Assembly: GCF_001194135.2 (NCBI RefSeq)
Contig: NC_069004.1
Location: 32,624,553-32,688,552 of the forward strand
Origin: Octopus bimaculoides
Taxonomy: Eukaryota
Direction: 5' to 3'
Length of the DNA: 64,000 bases
Shown here: positions 37,791-50,933 of the stretch, one piece after another
Layout: the number at the start of each line of letters is the position of its first letter
Position numbering within the stretch: the stretch's first letter is position 1
Made by a program: the position numbers and the translations under genes
The notes under the pieces: generated by a model
What the model was told of the DNA's origin: nothing
What the model saw: the letters and a program-made list of their open reading frames with translations, nothing else
Databases searched by the model: none

Positions 37791-38395
37791 GTGGAGGCGC
37801 AATGGCCCAGTGGTTAGGGCAGCGGACTCGCGGTCATAGGATTGCAGTTTCGATTCCCAGACCGGGCGTTGTGAGTGTTTATTGAGCGAAAATACCTGAA
37901 GCTCCACGAGGCTCTGGCAGGGGATGGTGGCGAACCCTGCTGTACTCTTTCTCCACAACTTTCTCTCACTCTTACTTCCTGTTTCTGGTTGTGCCTGTAA
38001 TCCAAAGGGTCAGCCTTGTCACACTCTGTGTCACGCTGAATATCCCTGAGAACTACGTTAAGGGTACACGTGTCTGTGGGGTGCTCAGCCACTTGCACGT
38101 TAANNNNNNNNNNTGAAGCTCCACGAGGCTCTGGCAGGGGATGGTGGCGAACCCTGCTGTACTCTTTCTCCACAACTTTCTCTCACTCTTACTTCCTGTT
38201 TCTGGTTGTGCCTGTAATCCAAAGGGTCAGCCTTGTCACACTCTGTGTCACGCTGAATATCCCTGAGAACTACGTTAAGGGTACACGTGTCTGTGGGGTG
38301 CTCAGCCACTTGCACGTTAATTTCGCAAGCAGGTTGTTCCGTTGATCGGATCAACTGGAACCCTCGATGTCGTAAGCGAAGGAGCGCCAACAACA
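37791..38395 (+). mobile_element. SINE family E, tRNA-Arg-like head, young (internal 207-bp repeat across a 10-N gap)
   Basis: ggaggcgcaatggcccagtggttagggcagcggactcgcggtcataggattgcagtttcgattcc resembles tRNA-Arg; many intact CpGs; (AAC)n tail. Confidence 0.85.
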
Positions 38396-38762
38396 AAACA
38401 AAATTAAAAATGAATTTGCAATGACTGAGGAATTTGTTGTACTGCTAGAATACCAAGGTATTGCTGGCATTGTTGCAATGGTCACATGTCCAGTAGTTTG
38501 ATCTCTGTTGGTCACTTTGAAATAGCATCATCATTTAATGTCCACTTTTCCATGCATGCATGAGTCTGATGGAATATCTTAAGGTAAATTTTCTACAGCC
38601 CCATGCACTTCTTGTTGCTAACCTTCTCCTGTTTACAAGCGAAACAATGTTTCCCTATAAGTAGACATGTTTTTCACAGAAGACTTGATATGAATACTCG
38701 CTTATGTGAAGACAATACTCATTGACAACCATCATTTGATATCTAGACAAGGGTACACATGT

Positions 38763-38801
<39 letters not shown>

Positions 38802-38869
38802 TACTGACAGCTTAGTAGCATGACAAAAAAATTGTTGATGACTTCAGTCATTCTACAACTTTAGTACAT

Positions 38870-39500
38870 ATACACCACCAATTTTCTGGCAACCGATGGT
38901 CCAGCACCTCTTTTAATCTGAGCGGATTACAAGGAGGAACTTGATAGTCCTGTGGCCACCAGTTTAGTTCACTGCATGACCACAGGTGATATTGTGTGTA
39001 CCACTTGTTTACAGCCATTATCTACTCTGCACTTGTTAGTGGTAATACAAAAATTTTGAGAGATTCTCTGCGTATTTAGCTTAAAGTTAGCCTTAGTTCT
39101 GGCTGTGACCGGTCAGAGACCTGAGAGCTTCAATAATAGTGTGAAATGTAAACAGCAGTCAGTGCCATCCCAAGATAAAGTTGAACTGTTGAAAGAAATG
39201 AACCATGGTGTTCTGGTCCAGGCCATGTGACACAATTTTGCTTGGACGAAACATTTAAAAAGATAGCCAAGTTAAATCTGTGCTCTGTAACTTCAACTTG
39301 GAACATCTCAGATGCCCCACCTGCAAAATCTGAAATACAAGATGCCTGGAAAGCAGTAATGCTGCTGCGTTCTTTGCAAATATAGTAATTAATAAATGTA
39401 GTAATGTAATGCCCAACTTTCTGTATTTCATTAATTAAATTTATATTTAAAACATTGTATTTGTTTAAACTTCTGGCACTTCGTAATATGTTAGACACAT
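38870..39500 (+). mobile_element. pogo/Tigger-like remnant
   Basis: 39150-39230 encodes KQQSVPSQDKVELLKEMNHGVLVQAM*, resembling the N-terminal CENP-B-type HTH of Tigger transposases. Boundaries approximate. Confidence 0.45.
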
Positions 39501-39549
39501 GGGAAGTGTATAATGAGTCGCTTAGAAGTGTGTTGATGAATTCTTCTTC

Positions 39550-40110
39550 TTATTATTATTGAGTGAGAGAGCAGTGCACACCATCAAAGTGACACTGGGG
39601 TAAAATGTATGAACCCCGGTATACCCACCATGACTACCCATCTGATAGGGGTACATCAGACACATGCATCACAACCACATGTGCCCAACATGGTGATCTC
39701 ATATCAAGATAAACAACGCATGACCTCGCAGGTGGAGCCCAGTTAGAATTTTCTTCAGGTTGAGTAGCCCATCCTGCTCAAAAGGTCCCTGAATAAGGGT
39801 TGTTTAAGGATGTTGAATGNNNNNNNNNNNNNNNNNNNNNNNNNNNNNNNNNNNNNNNNNNNNNNNNNNNNNNNNNNNNNNNNNNNNNNNNNNNNNNNGA
39901 AACACCCATGTTTCCAAAGGTGAGTCATCCAAACCCCAAAGAATTCCTCTCAACACATGGCTATGATGCTCTCCCGCTACTTCTGCTCATGATCAGAGAT
40001 GTAAATATCGCCAGTCACTAAGGGACATGCTCAACTGGTTAAGGTCAAACAACTGAGAAGCAAATCTGTGGTACTGAGCAGAATATTTGCTGTAGCCCAT
40101 CTTTTATAAA
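39550..40110 (-). mobile_element. Interspersed repeat family G, second copy (spans a gap)
   Basis: Reverse complement of 7470-7950. Confidence 0.75.
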
Positions 40111-41251
40111 TAAAGAATTATTATAATTATTATTTACTTTTAATCTCATGTTTGTTACAATCACTCACGGAGACACACCCAGTATCCTAGGGCGAGTGAT
40201 TATTATTATTATTATGTGACCACGGACAGTCCAGCAAAACAGTTACTCCATCAAAGTTTTACATTCAAGGATACTGGGAAATCAATGGTGTAGCTATAAT
40301 GTGTCTGTATTTTATTGCTAAATGGTTAAGAAATTTGCTTTGTAACCATGAAGTCTCTGATTCAAAATGCTGCAAAAAAAAAAAAATAGAAAAAGAATCT
40401 CTGGCATCTTTGTTCACCTGTATGCATTTGTACAGTGTACAGATCTGTTACAAGTAATCAAGTTTGTTGCTGTTACCATGACTGTGATGAGAAAGCTAAC
40501 AGTATTGACAATCAAGAGAGAAAAAAAAAACAAACAAGATTTTACAGTGTCTCGGCTGTCGACTTCAAAGATTGCACAAGACTATAACAGTTTTATCAAT
40601 TGAATGACATAAAAAAGAAAAACCTCAACAAATGTGCTTGTGTTTTTACTTTTTTTTATATATATACTTTTTTCTGTATTCTTTCACATAATTATATTCA
40701 ATATGACTTCTATTGTTTATGATCAGGTACACCCCTCAAACAATCAATTATCTGAACGAAATTTTCTCAGTCTGTCTCAGATAATTGAAGTCTTACTGTG
40801 TACTCTCTTAATTACATATCCCTAATAATGACACTGTGTCTCTGTCTGGGTTCTGCTTTACTCTACACAGCACATAATGATCTCAGTAAGTTTTTTCTAT
40901 GTCACAATAGTCATGCAGAATATATTAGGTTATTTATTATACATTACTTAATGATGTCATCTGAGTTCTTGCTTCACCAGTCATAGATTTTTATTAATGT
41001 ACAGCTTGCTCGCGACATCTTTATGTCTCTCACTTCACTCTCATTCTCTTTATTTATTTATCCTCCTCATCATCAACATTGTTTAACATCTGTTTTCCAT
41101 CCTGGCATGGGTTAGATGGTTTGACATGGAGCTGGCCAACTGGGAGCTGTCCAGACTCCAATTGTACATTGTGGCATGCTTTCCATGACTGGATGCCCTT
41201 CTTAACACCAGCCACTTAACAGAGTCTGCTGGATGCATTTTACATGCAACT

Positions 41252-41283
<32 letters not shown>

Positions 41284-41289
41284 CTTTTT

Positions 41290-41518
41290 ATTTTGCGCCC
41301 TTTTAAAGCCTAGCCAGGCTCACGGGCCCGGTTTCCTGATTTCTATGGCGTATGTGTTCCCCCCAGCTGGACGGGATGCCAGTCCATCGCAGCGTTACTC
41401 AAGAAACAAGAAGAAAGTGTGAGAGAAAGTTGGGGCAAAAGAGAAAAACAGGGGTCGCCACCCCCCCCCTGCCAGAGCCTTGTGGAGATTTCGGTATTTT
41501 TCGCTCAATAAACACACA
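41290..41518 (-). mobile_element. Family E body with the alternative gagtaacgctgcgatggactggcatcccgtccag tail
   Basis: Reverse complement matches 37875-37985, then switches tail. Confidence 0.75.
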
Positions 41519-42902
41519 NNNNNNNNNNNNNNNNNNNNNNNNNNNNNNNNNNNNNNNNNNNNNNNNNNNNNNNNNNNNNNNNNNNNNNNNNNNNNNNNNN
41601 NNNNNNNNNNNNNNNNNNNNNNNNNNNNNNNNNNNNNNNNNNNNNNNNNNNNNNNNNNNNNNNNNNNNNNNNNNNNNNNNNNNNNNNNNNNNNNNNNNNN
41701 NNNNNNNNNNNNNNNNNNNNNNNNNNNNNNNNNNNNNNNNNNNNNNNNNNNNNNNNNNNNNNNNNNNNNNNNNNNNNNNNNNNNNNNNNNNNNNNNNNNN
41801 NNNNNNNNNNNNNNNNNNNNNNNNNNNNNNNNNNNNNNNNNNNNNNNNNNNNNNNNNNNNNNNNNNNNNNNNNNNNNNNNNNNNNNNNNNNNNNNNNNNN
41901 NNNNNNNNNNNNNNNNNNNNNNNNNNNNNNNNNNNNNNNNNNNNNNNNNNNNNNNNNNNNNNNNNNNNNNNNNNNNNNNNNNNNNNNNNNNNNNNNNNNN
42001 NNNNNNNNNNNNNNNNNNNNNNNNNNNNNNNNNNNNNNNNNNNNNNNNNNNNNNNNNNNNNNNNNNNNNNNNNNNNNNNNNNNNNNNNNNNNNNNNNNNN
42101 NNNNNNNNNNNNNNNNNNNNNNNNNNNNNNNNNNNNNNATATATATATATATATATATACCACAGAACTTCCCAAACCTAGGCATGAATATCTAAGTGTA
42201 ATTAGATTACCTATGATGAAAAACCAACCAATACTAATGTTAGTGATCTCCACAGACTATGAATCCATAAAAATCTTCATCTTTGGAAGAATAAAAGATA
42301 ACTCAGAACAATGAAACTAAAATATAAGAAATTCACAATCAAGCATAACAAATGTGTTTTCCTGTATTCCCATCATCAGCTGCCAAACAGATATGTGTGT
42401 GTGTGTTTGTGTTTGTGTATAATGTCAGTGTATAGGGATAAAATTATCCAGACAGGTACCGTAGTAGCTCTCTGGTATATTCCAGGTTATAGCTAATTGC
42501 ATCAAGTAGTACAAATTATCAACGGTCACTAAGTTTTAGCAATCTCACTGTAATTATTCCAATAGGTAACTCCAGATTCATTTCCATGAATTATGAATAT
42601 TATCAAGATATTATAATCCAGATAATATAATCAAATGAATATTGTCTTCGCTTGACATCTTAAACTAACCACATGTAAATAAATGAATTTAGTTCGCCTC
42701 GAATGACACTTCTGAAAGAACCCTGAATGGAAATGCACAGAAGATTATGATGGGTTGTATGCACAACTGCAAATACACTGTGCAGCTGAAACATGTGCCG
42801 GTCATTGTTATCACATAATTATGCTGTACAACCAACTGTAGAATTAAATGGAACAAAATATTGATGATCTACCTGTTTCCATATTCATTATAATTGTTTG
42901 AA

Positions 42903-42935
<33 letters not shown>

Positions 42936-43067
42936 TATATACATGTATGTGTGCATGTACACATGAGTGCAAGCGTATTAGTGTCATCATTTACCATAAT
43001 CATTTTCCCAGTCTATTTTTTGGGGCCTGCATAGAACAGACAAGACTTCTTTGAGGCAGAATGCATA

Positions 43068-43510
43068 GGCGCAGGTGTGGCTGTTTTGGTAAGAAGTTTG
43101 CTTCCCAACCACGTGGTTTTTGGTTCTGTCCCCTTGTGTGGCACTTTGGGCGAGTGTCTTCTATAGTCCTGGGTCAACCAAAACCTTGTGAGTGGATTTA
43201 GTGGATGGAAACTAAAAGAAGCCCATCGTATATATGTATCTTCATGTGTGTGTGAATCTATGTGTGCGTGTATTTATGTGTGTGTGTGTGTATCTATGCA
43301 TGTGTGTGTCTTTCTATTTATCCCCCACTACCACTTGGCAATAAGTGTTGGTTTGTTTGTGCCCCATAACTTAGCAGTTCGACAAAAGAGACTGATAGAA
43401 TAAGTACCAAACTTTTTTTTTAAATGTTCTGGGGGCAATTCATTCAACTAAAACCCTTCAAAGTGGTGCCCCAGCAAGGCCACAGTCCAATTTCTGAAAC
43501 AAATAAAAGA
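43068..43510 (+). mobile_element. SINE family A head with tail H
   Basis: ggcgcaggtgtggctg head; ttagcagttcgacaaaagagactgatagaataagtacc block; tail H. Confidence 0.8.
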
Positions 43511-43610
43511 TGCGAGATGTATTTGTATATATAAATACACACAATACAAAAACACACACACACACACACACACACACCTTCTGCTTTGCCTCTCTCTCTC
43601 TCTATATATA

Positions 43611-43700
43611 TATATCTATCTGTCTCTCTGTCTCTCTAACTATATCTATCTGTCTCTCTGTCTCTCTAACTATATCTGTCTGTCTGTCTGTCTCTCTAAC
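43611..43700. repeat. 30-bp tandem x3
   Basis: tatatctatctgtctctctgtctctctaac. Confidence 0.9.
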
Positions 43701-45059
43701 TATGGAGTGATATTGTGTTCTGTTTGCAATGTTACAATCAATACATCTTGACACTGACACTATTAGGAAAATAGTATAGGATGGGGTAGGGTGTACGTGT
43801 GTGTGTGTGTCGGCCACTAGTTGCTGCTGTTGCTGCTGTTGTTGCTGGTGTAGTCGGTGCAGCAGCAGCAGCAGTTTTCATATATTCTGTGCTTTCTTTC
43901 CTCTCAATCACCGCAATAAATGATGCGTAGTAATGCATGCATGATGGAGGAGGAGGAGGAGGAGGAGAGAGAGGGGGAGGAGGGGTGGCATGAAGAGAGC
44001 CGAGTCGGGTAGTTTGGTCTGCAGTGTATTATTAGTTATGTAGGTAGGGTAGTTAGGGGTGGGTAGGGAGGTAATATAAGTGGTGCAGATATNNNNNNNN
44101 NNNNNNNNNNNNNNNNNNNNNNNNNNNNNNNNNNNNNNNNNNNNNNNNNNNNNNNNNNNNNNNNNNNNNNNNNNNNNNNNNNNNNNNNNNNNNNNNNNNN
44201 NNNNNNNNNNNNNNNNNNNNNNATGCTGTTTATGTTGATTGTTGTTGTGGTGTCTGTGATTGTGGTAGTGGTGATTATGTTGTTTGCTGTGGTGGTGGTG
44301 ATGGTCATGGTGGTGGTGGTGGTGGTGGTGGTGGTTGTAGTTGTTTGGTAGTGGAAGAGTGTCAGTGGTTAGGTGATGGTGGTGGTTGTGCTTATTATGA
44401 TGCTAATGATGGTGATGATGGTGTAAGATCGGTTGAACAGCATGCCTGTTGCAACAGCAGCAAGAACATCATCATAAGAAACAGCAGCTGTAGTAGCAGT
44501 AATAGTAGTGTGGTGGTGGCTGTGGCGGCAGCGGTGGTGGAAGTAGAATGATGAATGACACAATGACAACAGGAACAGCTGAATGTCTTTTCTGCAAAAT
44601 ATCAAAGCCAGTCGCGGATGAGTGACTACAAGTTTAGGGGGTCAGCAAGCTGGCTGCAGCTGTTGCTGTTGTTTATGAAATTTGACTGCTATGTCTAGCA
44701 AGTCGAGCAACCACGTAATAGCTCTCATGTCTTGTATTTTGATGTTGTTGTTGTTTAACTCCTTGTCAGTCCATTTCACTATCTAATGATGAAAGGCATT
44801 CCAGGTGGGACCATCCCATATATTTTTTCAAGCTTATCATCTGAGTGTGATCAGAGGGAAATTTGGTTCTTATTTCTAGCATCTTGATTGACCATGTAGA
44901 ACTCACGTATTTCTGCTGTTGTATGCCTTGGTATTTCGAGATCGCTGTTTTGTAACCGAATAGCCTTACAGATGATGTCACCGTTGTTATTGATATTGTT
45001 GTTTGTAGTGGTGGTGGTGGTGGCAGAGGGGGTGATTATAATAATAAATCATCATAACA

Positions 45060-45295
45060 ATAATTTATTCTTTTATTAGCCACAGGGGCTCGTATAAAAT
45101 AACATTAAAAGACACGTAACAACATAAAAGACAAAAACAAGACGGTACAATGGGTTTTACAGCGTGTAAACAATATAAATACCAATTAAAATTGAACAAA
45201 TTAAAACTCCCAATTGGGGTGGGGGCGCTTTAAGGTCCTTGTGGAATTACAAGTGCACACTCAGAATTGGTCCTTTCACACTGGCCATTCTTAAT
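45060..45295 (-). mobile_element. Tx1/L1-clade LINE extreme 3' end
   Basis: Minus strand RMASVKGPILSVHL*, then a T-rich UTR ending gagcccctgtggctaataaaagaata. Confidence 0.55.
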
Positions 45296-45479
45296 AATAA
45301 TAATGATAATAATAATTACAGTTATAATTTCTTTTATTGACACAAAAAGTTGGGGTTACATTGATCAAAAAGGAAATCAACAATAAGAATAAACTACTGC
45401 TGCTGCTAATAATAATAATAATAATGATAATAATAATGATGATGATGATGATGATGACAAAAGCAACAATAATATTCGT

Positions 45480-45745
45480 TCCTCTGGCCCCTGTGCCGGT
45501 GGCATGTAAAAACCACCATCCAATCGTGGTCGATGCCAGCTCCCTCTGGCCCCTGTGTCGGTGGCACGTAAAAAGCAGCCACTACATTCTCAGAGTGGTT
45601 GGCGTTAGGAAGGGCATCCAGCTGTAGAAACTTCTGCCAGATCAGATTGGAGCCTGGTGCAACCTCCTGGCTTCCCAGACCCCAGTCAAACCATCCAACC
45701 CATGCCAGCATGGAAAACGGACGTTAAACGATGATGATGATGATC
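45480..45745 (+). mobile_element. Family A tail with repeated internal modules
   Basis: Two ctctggcccctgtgycggtggcaygtaaaaa modules, then the tail. Similar tails: 14290-14480, 19690-19870, 20020-20380, 23830-24090, 46765-46985 (+); 41070-41250, 62403-62600 (-). Confidence 0.8.
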
Positions 45746-45807
45746 CTGTCAAGGCCATCTTTTCTTTTCATCCTTTTGGCATCATTAAAATAAAATCTTT
45801 TTGGGCT

Positions 45808-45913
<106 letters not shown>

Positions 45914-46074
45914 ATAGAAACTTACATACATAATATGCTCATGCAGATGCACACAAACACACACATACTTATACAGACACCTACAAACACAAACAAATAT
46001 ACACCCCGCCACTTACACAGATACACACACACACACACACACATAAATCAGTGAGATCAACTTACCTTATTGAC

Positions 46075-47518
46075 TTACCCCGCCTCTAAAATTGCTGGCC
46101 TTGTGCCAGGATTAGAAAGAATTATTCGTACAAGGACTCCATCCTCCATGTGTTTGCATATTTTTGTCTGCGCTGTATACTTCCATTTTTTAATCTCGCC
46201 TCCTCCGTCTCTCCTTTGCTTCTCTTCAGCTTTTTACGTAACCGCCCCACAAGCAAATAGTAAACCATTCTTGTTAAGTCCCACCACCACCACCACCACC
46301 TAACCAATGCCTCCTGTTGTTGTTGTTATTAGCGATAATAAGGCAGCGAGCTGGCAGAATCGTTAGCGTGCTGGACGAAATGCTGAGCGGCGGTATTTCA
46401 TCCATCGCTACATTCTGAGTTCAAATCCTGCTGAGGTCGACTTTGCCTTTCATCCTTTCGGGGTTGAACACTGGGGTCGATGTAATTGACTCATCCCCTT
46501 CCTCAAAATTGCTGCCCTTGTGGCAAAATTTTAAGCCGTTATCATTAGCAACAGTTTGTGGCATTTCATCCATCTTCATGTTCTGAGTTCAAATTCTGCC
46601 AAGGTCAACTTTACCATTCATCATTTTGGGGTCAATAAAATAAGTACCAGTGAAATACTGGGGTTGATGTCATCGACTTCATCCCCTCCCTTGAAATTAC
46701 TGGCCTTGTGTCAGAATTTTAAACCATTATTATTGGCAACATTTTATTATTATTATTATTATTATTGCCAGTGCCGCCTGACTGGCTCTTGTGCCAGTGG
46801 TACATAAAAAGCACCCACTACACTCTCAAAGTGGTTAGCATTAGGAAGGGCATCCAGCTGTAGAAACCTTGCCAAATCACACTGGAACCTGGTGCAGCCT
46901 CTCGACTTGCCAGTTCTCAGTCAAACCGTCCAACCCATGCCAGCAGGGAAAGCAGACGTTAAACAACGATGACGACGATGATGATTTTCACTTTCTTAGT
47001 TCAAATTCCACCGAGGTTAGCTTTGCCTTTCATCCTTTTGGGGTTGATAAATTAAGTACCATTGGAGTACTGGGGTCAGTGTAATCAACTAGTCCCGTCT
47101 TGCCAAATTTCAGGCTTTGTGCTTCCAGTAGAAAGGATTATTATTATTANNNNNNNNNNNNNNNNNNNNNNNNNNNNNNNNNNNNNNNNNNNNNNNNNNN
47201 NNCCCCACATTGTATTGTGTTGTACTGTCCCCAATGTTTTTTTTGTGAATCCTTAGGGGTAAATAAAGAATGCATTATTATTATTATTATTATTAAGGTT
47301 GTTTAAGGCGGTGAGCTGGCAGAATCATTAACATGCCGGGCAAAATGCTTAGTGGCACTTCATCCATTTTTACGTTCTGTGTTCAAATTCCACCGAGGTT
47401 AGCTTTGCCTTTCATCCTTTTGGGGTTGATAAATTAAGTACCATTGGAGTACTGGGGTCAGTGTAATCAACTAGTCCCGTCTTGCCAAATTTCAGGCTTT
47501 GTGCTTCCAGTAGAAAGG

Positions 47519-47545
<27 letters not shown>
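46075..47545 (+). mobile_element. Family C array of about five units with one family A tail
   Basis: Heads or bodies near 46340, 46560, 46999 and 47305; (ATT)n spacers. Confidence 0.8.
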
Positions 47546-47554
<9 letters not shown>

Positions 47555-48730
47555 ATCATTATTATTAGTGCTGTTATGTAATTGGCAATGATGTTGCTGG
47601 ATTGTACTGTGGCAATGAGGATAATTTATGAGAAGCAAGGGATAGGTGAGGGTGGTGACTGTTGAGGAATAACTCTCTTTGTTGTTGTTTTTGCGGCAGC
47701 GAGGTGCTGATTATACACCGGGGATTATGATAATTTATGAGATGTGGTAGAGGGAAGAGGTGGGTGGGAAGATTTATGAGGATTACTGATGGTGGTGATG
47801 ACGATGGTGATAATTGTTGTTAATACTGCTGCTGACAATATTCAATCATCCAACGTCGATCAAGCAGAGCTAACAGACGACTAACGAGAGTAGCCAATCG
47901 AAAATGTTTAACAGTGGCACAGACACACACGCACACATACATACATGCACACATGTATTGCATGTGTGCATACACACACAGACATACAAATAGACATGCA
48001 AGCACAGACATAGACACACAAACACACTCAAACAGCTACACACATGCATATACACAGACATACACTCACGTATACATATATACACATGCACAAAGAACAC
48101 AGACACACACACACACACATGTATGCATACACACGGAATACACATGTGCACACACACACACACACATATAGGCATCTACATACACTTACACAAACTCACA
48201 CACACAAACATACATGTAGACACAAACATTCATCCAGATGCACATACGCACGCACACACGCACACAGCCATTCACAGACATGCATCCACACATACACGCA
48301 CACACACACACACAGCTCCCCCCTCACACACAGATGCAAAGGATGAGGGGGGGATTTGACCTACTTACCATTTACCCCTCCTCCTCCTCCTCCTTCCTCT
48401 CTTATTCATTGTATTGATTCTGAAATGAAAGAGGAAGGCCAGGTTGACCTTGTCTCTATTTGAACTCTAACCTCTTCACTCAGAACGTTTAACCATTGCA
48501 TGGATGCCCTCACCAGACCAGTGCAGGGATTGCCAAGCAACAGTGAAAGGGTGTGGCATGTTGCTGGGTCTAGGGGATGGTATTTTTGGGAAGTTTGGGT
48601 TGAAGGTAATGTGTGTGTGTGTGTGTGTGGCTTCATTTTTGAAGGATTCTGTCCGTGTTAAGTTTGCGATTCCAGACAAACAAGCTAATCAATGGTTCCA
48701 ATGACTGAAACAAGGGAAAGCTAACAGATG

Positions 48731-48765
<35 letters not shown>

Positions 48766-48974
48766 NNNNNNNNNNTATATACACACATATATATATATAT
48801 ATATATACACAGTGGGATGACTTTCAGTTTCCATCTACTAAATTTACTCACGTGGCTTTGGTTGGCCTGGGGCTTTTGTAGAAGAAACTTGTCCAAAGTA
48901 CTGCACTGAGGGAATGAACTACACAGTCATGTCAGCACTTGTATGTAAGTGTGTGCTGACATACATAAAGGTTG

Positions 48975-49300
48975 AAGGGTCAAGACCCCCTTCAGTCATG
49001 AATGACCATGAGGTTGCATCTAGATAGTTACCCCCTGAGGCACAAGTCCAGGCAATGTTGTTTATGGAAGACCAACAGCCACCCTTCTACATGCCAGTGA
49101 TGTTATCCAAGGGAAAAGCAAAGGCTATGATACAGTTTGGCACCAGTGATGTCACAACTCATTTCTACAGCTGAGGGAACTGGAGCAACGTGTAATAAAG
49201 TGTCTTGCTCAAGAACACAGCACACATCCTGGTCCAGGAATCAAACTCACCACCTTATGATTGTGAGCCCAACGCTGTGACTACTGAGCCATGCACCTTT
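48975..49300 (-). mobile_element. SINE family B
   Basis: Reverse complement of the family B body. Confidence 0.8.
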
Positions 49301-49855
49301 ACATACATACATATGTACATAGTTTGACAGATGTATGTATGTAGATAAATATACAAATAGCTAAACAGATAATGGCTGGATAGATAGATAAAATATAGAT
49401 GATATGTGTATTAACTTTCACAAAGAAAAGTCTGACAGTGACTTCGAAGTTTGGCTTGCTTGTCTTCAATGTAATAAATCTGTATTTTACTCAAAAGCAT
49501 GGAGTAATTTCTTCAGTGTTTGAGGCTAAAACTAAATTGATTTTATATATAACTTGATAAAAAGCAAACAGCAACACACACACATTTACATAAATATTAG
49601 ATATTATAAGCATTATTAGTATGCTCACTTTATTGGCAAATATATGAGTGGCTGTTTTTTTTTACTAACATAGATTTTTAGATGACTAAATGAATATAGA
49701 CTTGGTGGAAATTTTTCTACTTGTATATGTTGTGGTGAAATTTTCCTGTTTGAATTTGGACTTAAATCTCACATACAAGAACATAATAGAGCACTTCTTA
49801 TTGATTATAGTACATACCTATTAATTCACCCTTCTCAATGCCACATGCATCACAG

Positions 49856-49978
49856 GATCTGCAAATCTCAAAGAGATCCAAAGAAACATTTCAAGGTTCA
49901 GCAACATCAGACACCGCACACAGCCAGTTCGAACTGCACCAAAGCAAGTGCGCAATTTATGTGGATGTCTTCTTAAAA
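49856..49978 (+). CDS. Common coding exon (G)SANLKEIQRNISRFSNIRHRTQPVRTAPKQVRNLCGCLLK
   Basis: Acceptor catcacag|G and donor AAA|GTATGT; 123 nt, symmetric phase 1-1, no stop; unique sequence. The phase-0 frame is also open, so the frame is inferred from the upstream exons. Confidence 0.65.
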
Positions 49979-50933
49979 GTATGTGTGTTCTAGGAAGCTA
50001 CATAAGGTCTCATGCCAAAACTGAGTGTCTTGTGCACTGAAGTGGTCAAGCTTTGTACTGAGCAGACAACCATCACATGTATATATTTGTGTGTGTGTAC
50101 ATACATGTGTGTTTGTGTGGGTGGGTGTATGTATGTATGTATATATATATGTTCAGATTCAGAGAGAGTGAGAAAAAGACAGATGGCCCTGGAACAGATA
50201 ATAATTGCAATCTTTTAGCCTCGTTTAAATCACAGACAATGTGGTCTTGTTCCTTTAATTAAATCAATTCAATTATGAATATGCAATTACATGTGCCACA
50301 CTGAGAATATTATTTGTCTGCAGTGATAGCCATGGTGGTTTTGTTGGATGGACATGATGGTGATGGCGGTGGCCGTGGTGATGACGGTGGGGTCTTGGTG
50401 ACAGTGGAAGTGATTGTTTCAGTTAACCTTTAGGCCTGTCTACACAAGAAGTTATCCAAGCAGGCACCAAATAATTGTTCTGGTTTAATATTACATTCTA
50501 GCGCATGGCAAGAATGTAATATTCTATGAAATATCTTGAAACTCATTACTACAAGATTCTAGTCATCACCACCACCACGACCACCACCATCAACAACAAC
50601 AACAACAACTATATAATTGTATTTATTAGATTTATATATGAATTTTATATTGTGGTTTGTGAACAGGAGTGTTATTGGTTGAAATGTTCCAATGGGCCAT
50701 ATATTGCATTTCTGGCGGCAGCAGCAATGACAAGGGAGTATTTATAACTCAGTGAAGAACATATATCTCAATGTACTCTGTTTGAAATGCAGTGGTTTTT
50801 GAAAAGTACTTCACTGAAATACATCAGGGGAAGCTATATACATACAGAAATAGATATGTGTGTTTGTGTGTTTGTGAGGGTGTGTATATATATATGCGTA
50901 TATGTGAGGGTGTGTGTGTGTATATATATATGC

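Noticed and set aside
37791-37870. tRNA-Arg gene
   Set aside because: The acceptor stem is not closed and the sequence runs into a SINE body; it is a tRNA-derived head. The same applies to the family A, B and C heads.
37897-38320. Exact 207-bp tandem duplication inside the family E SINE
   Set aside because: The copies (37897-38103, 38114-38320) flank a 10-N gap, the typical signature of unmerged overlapping contigs.
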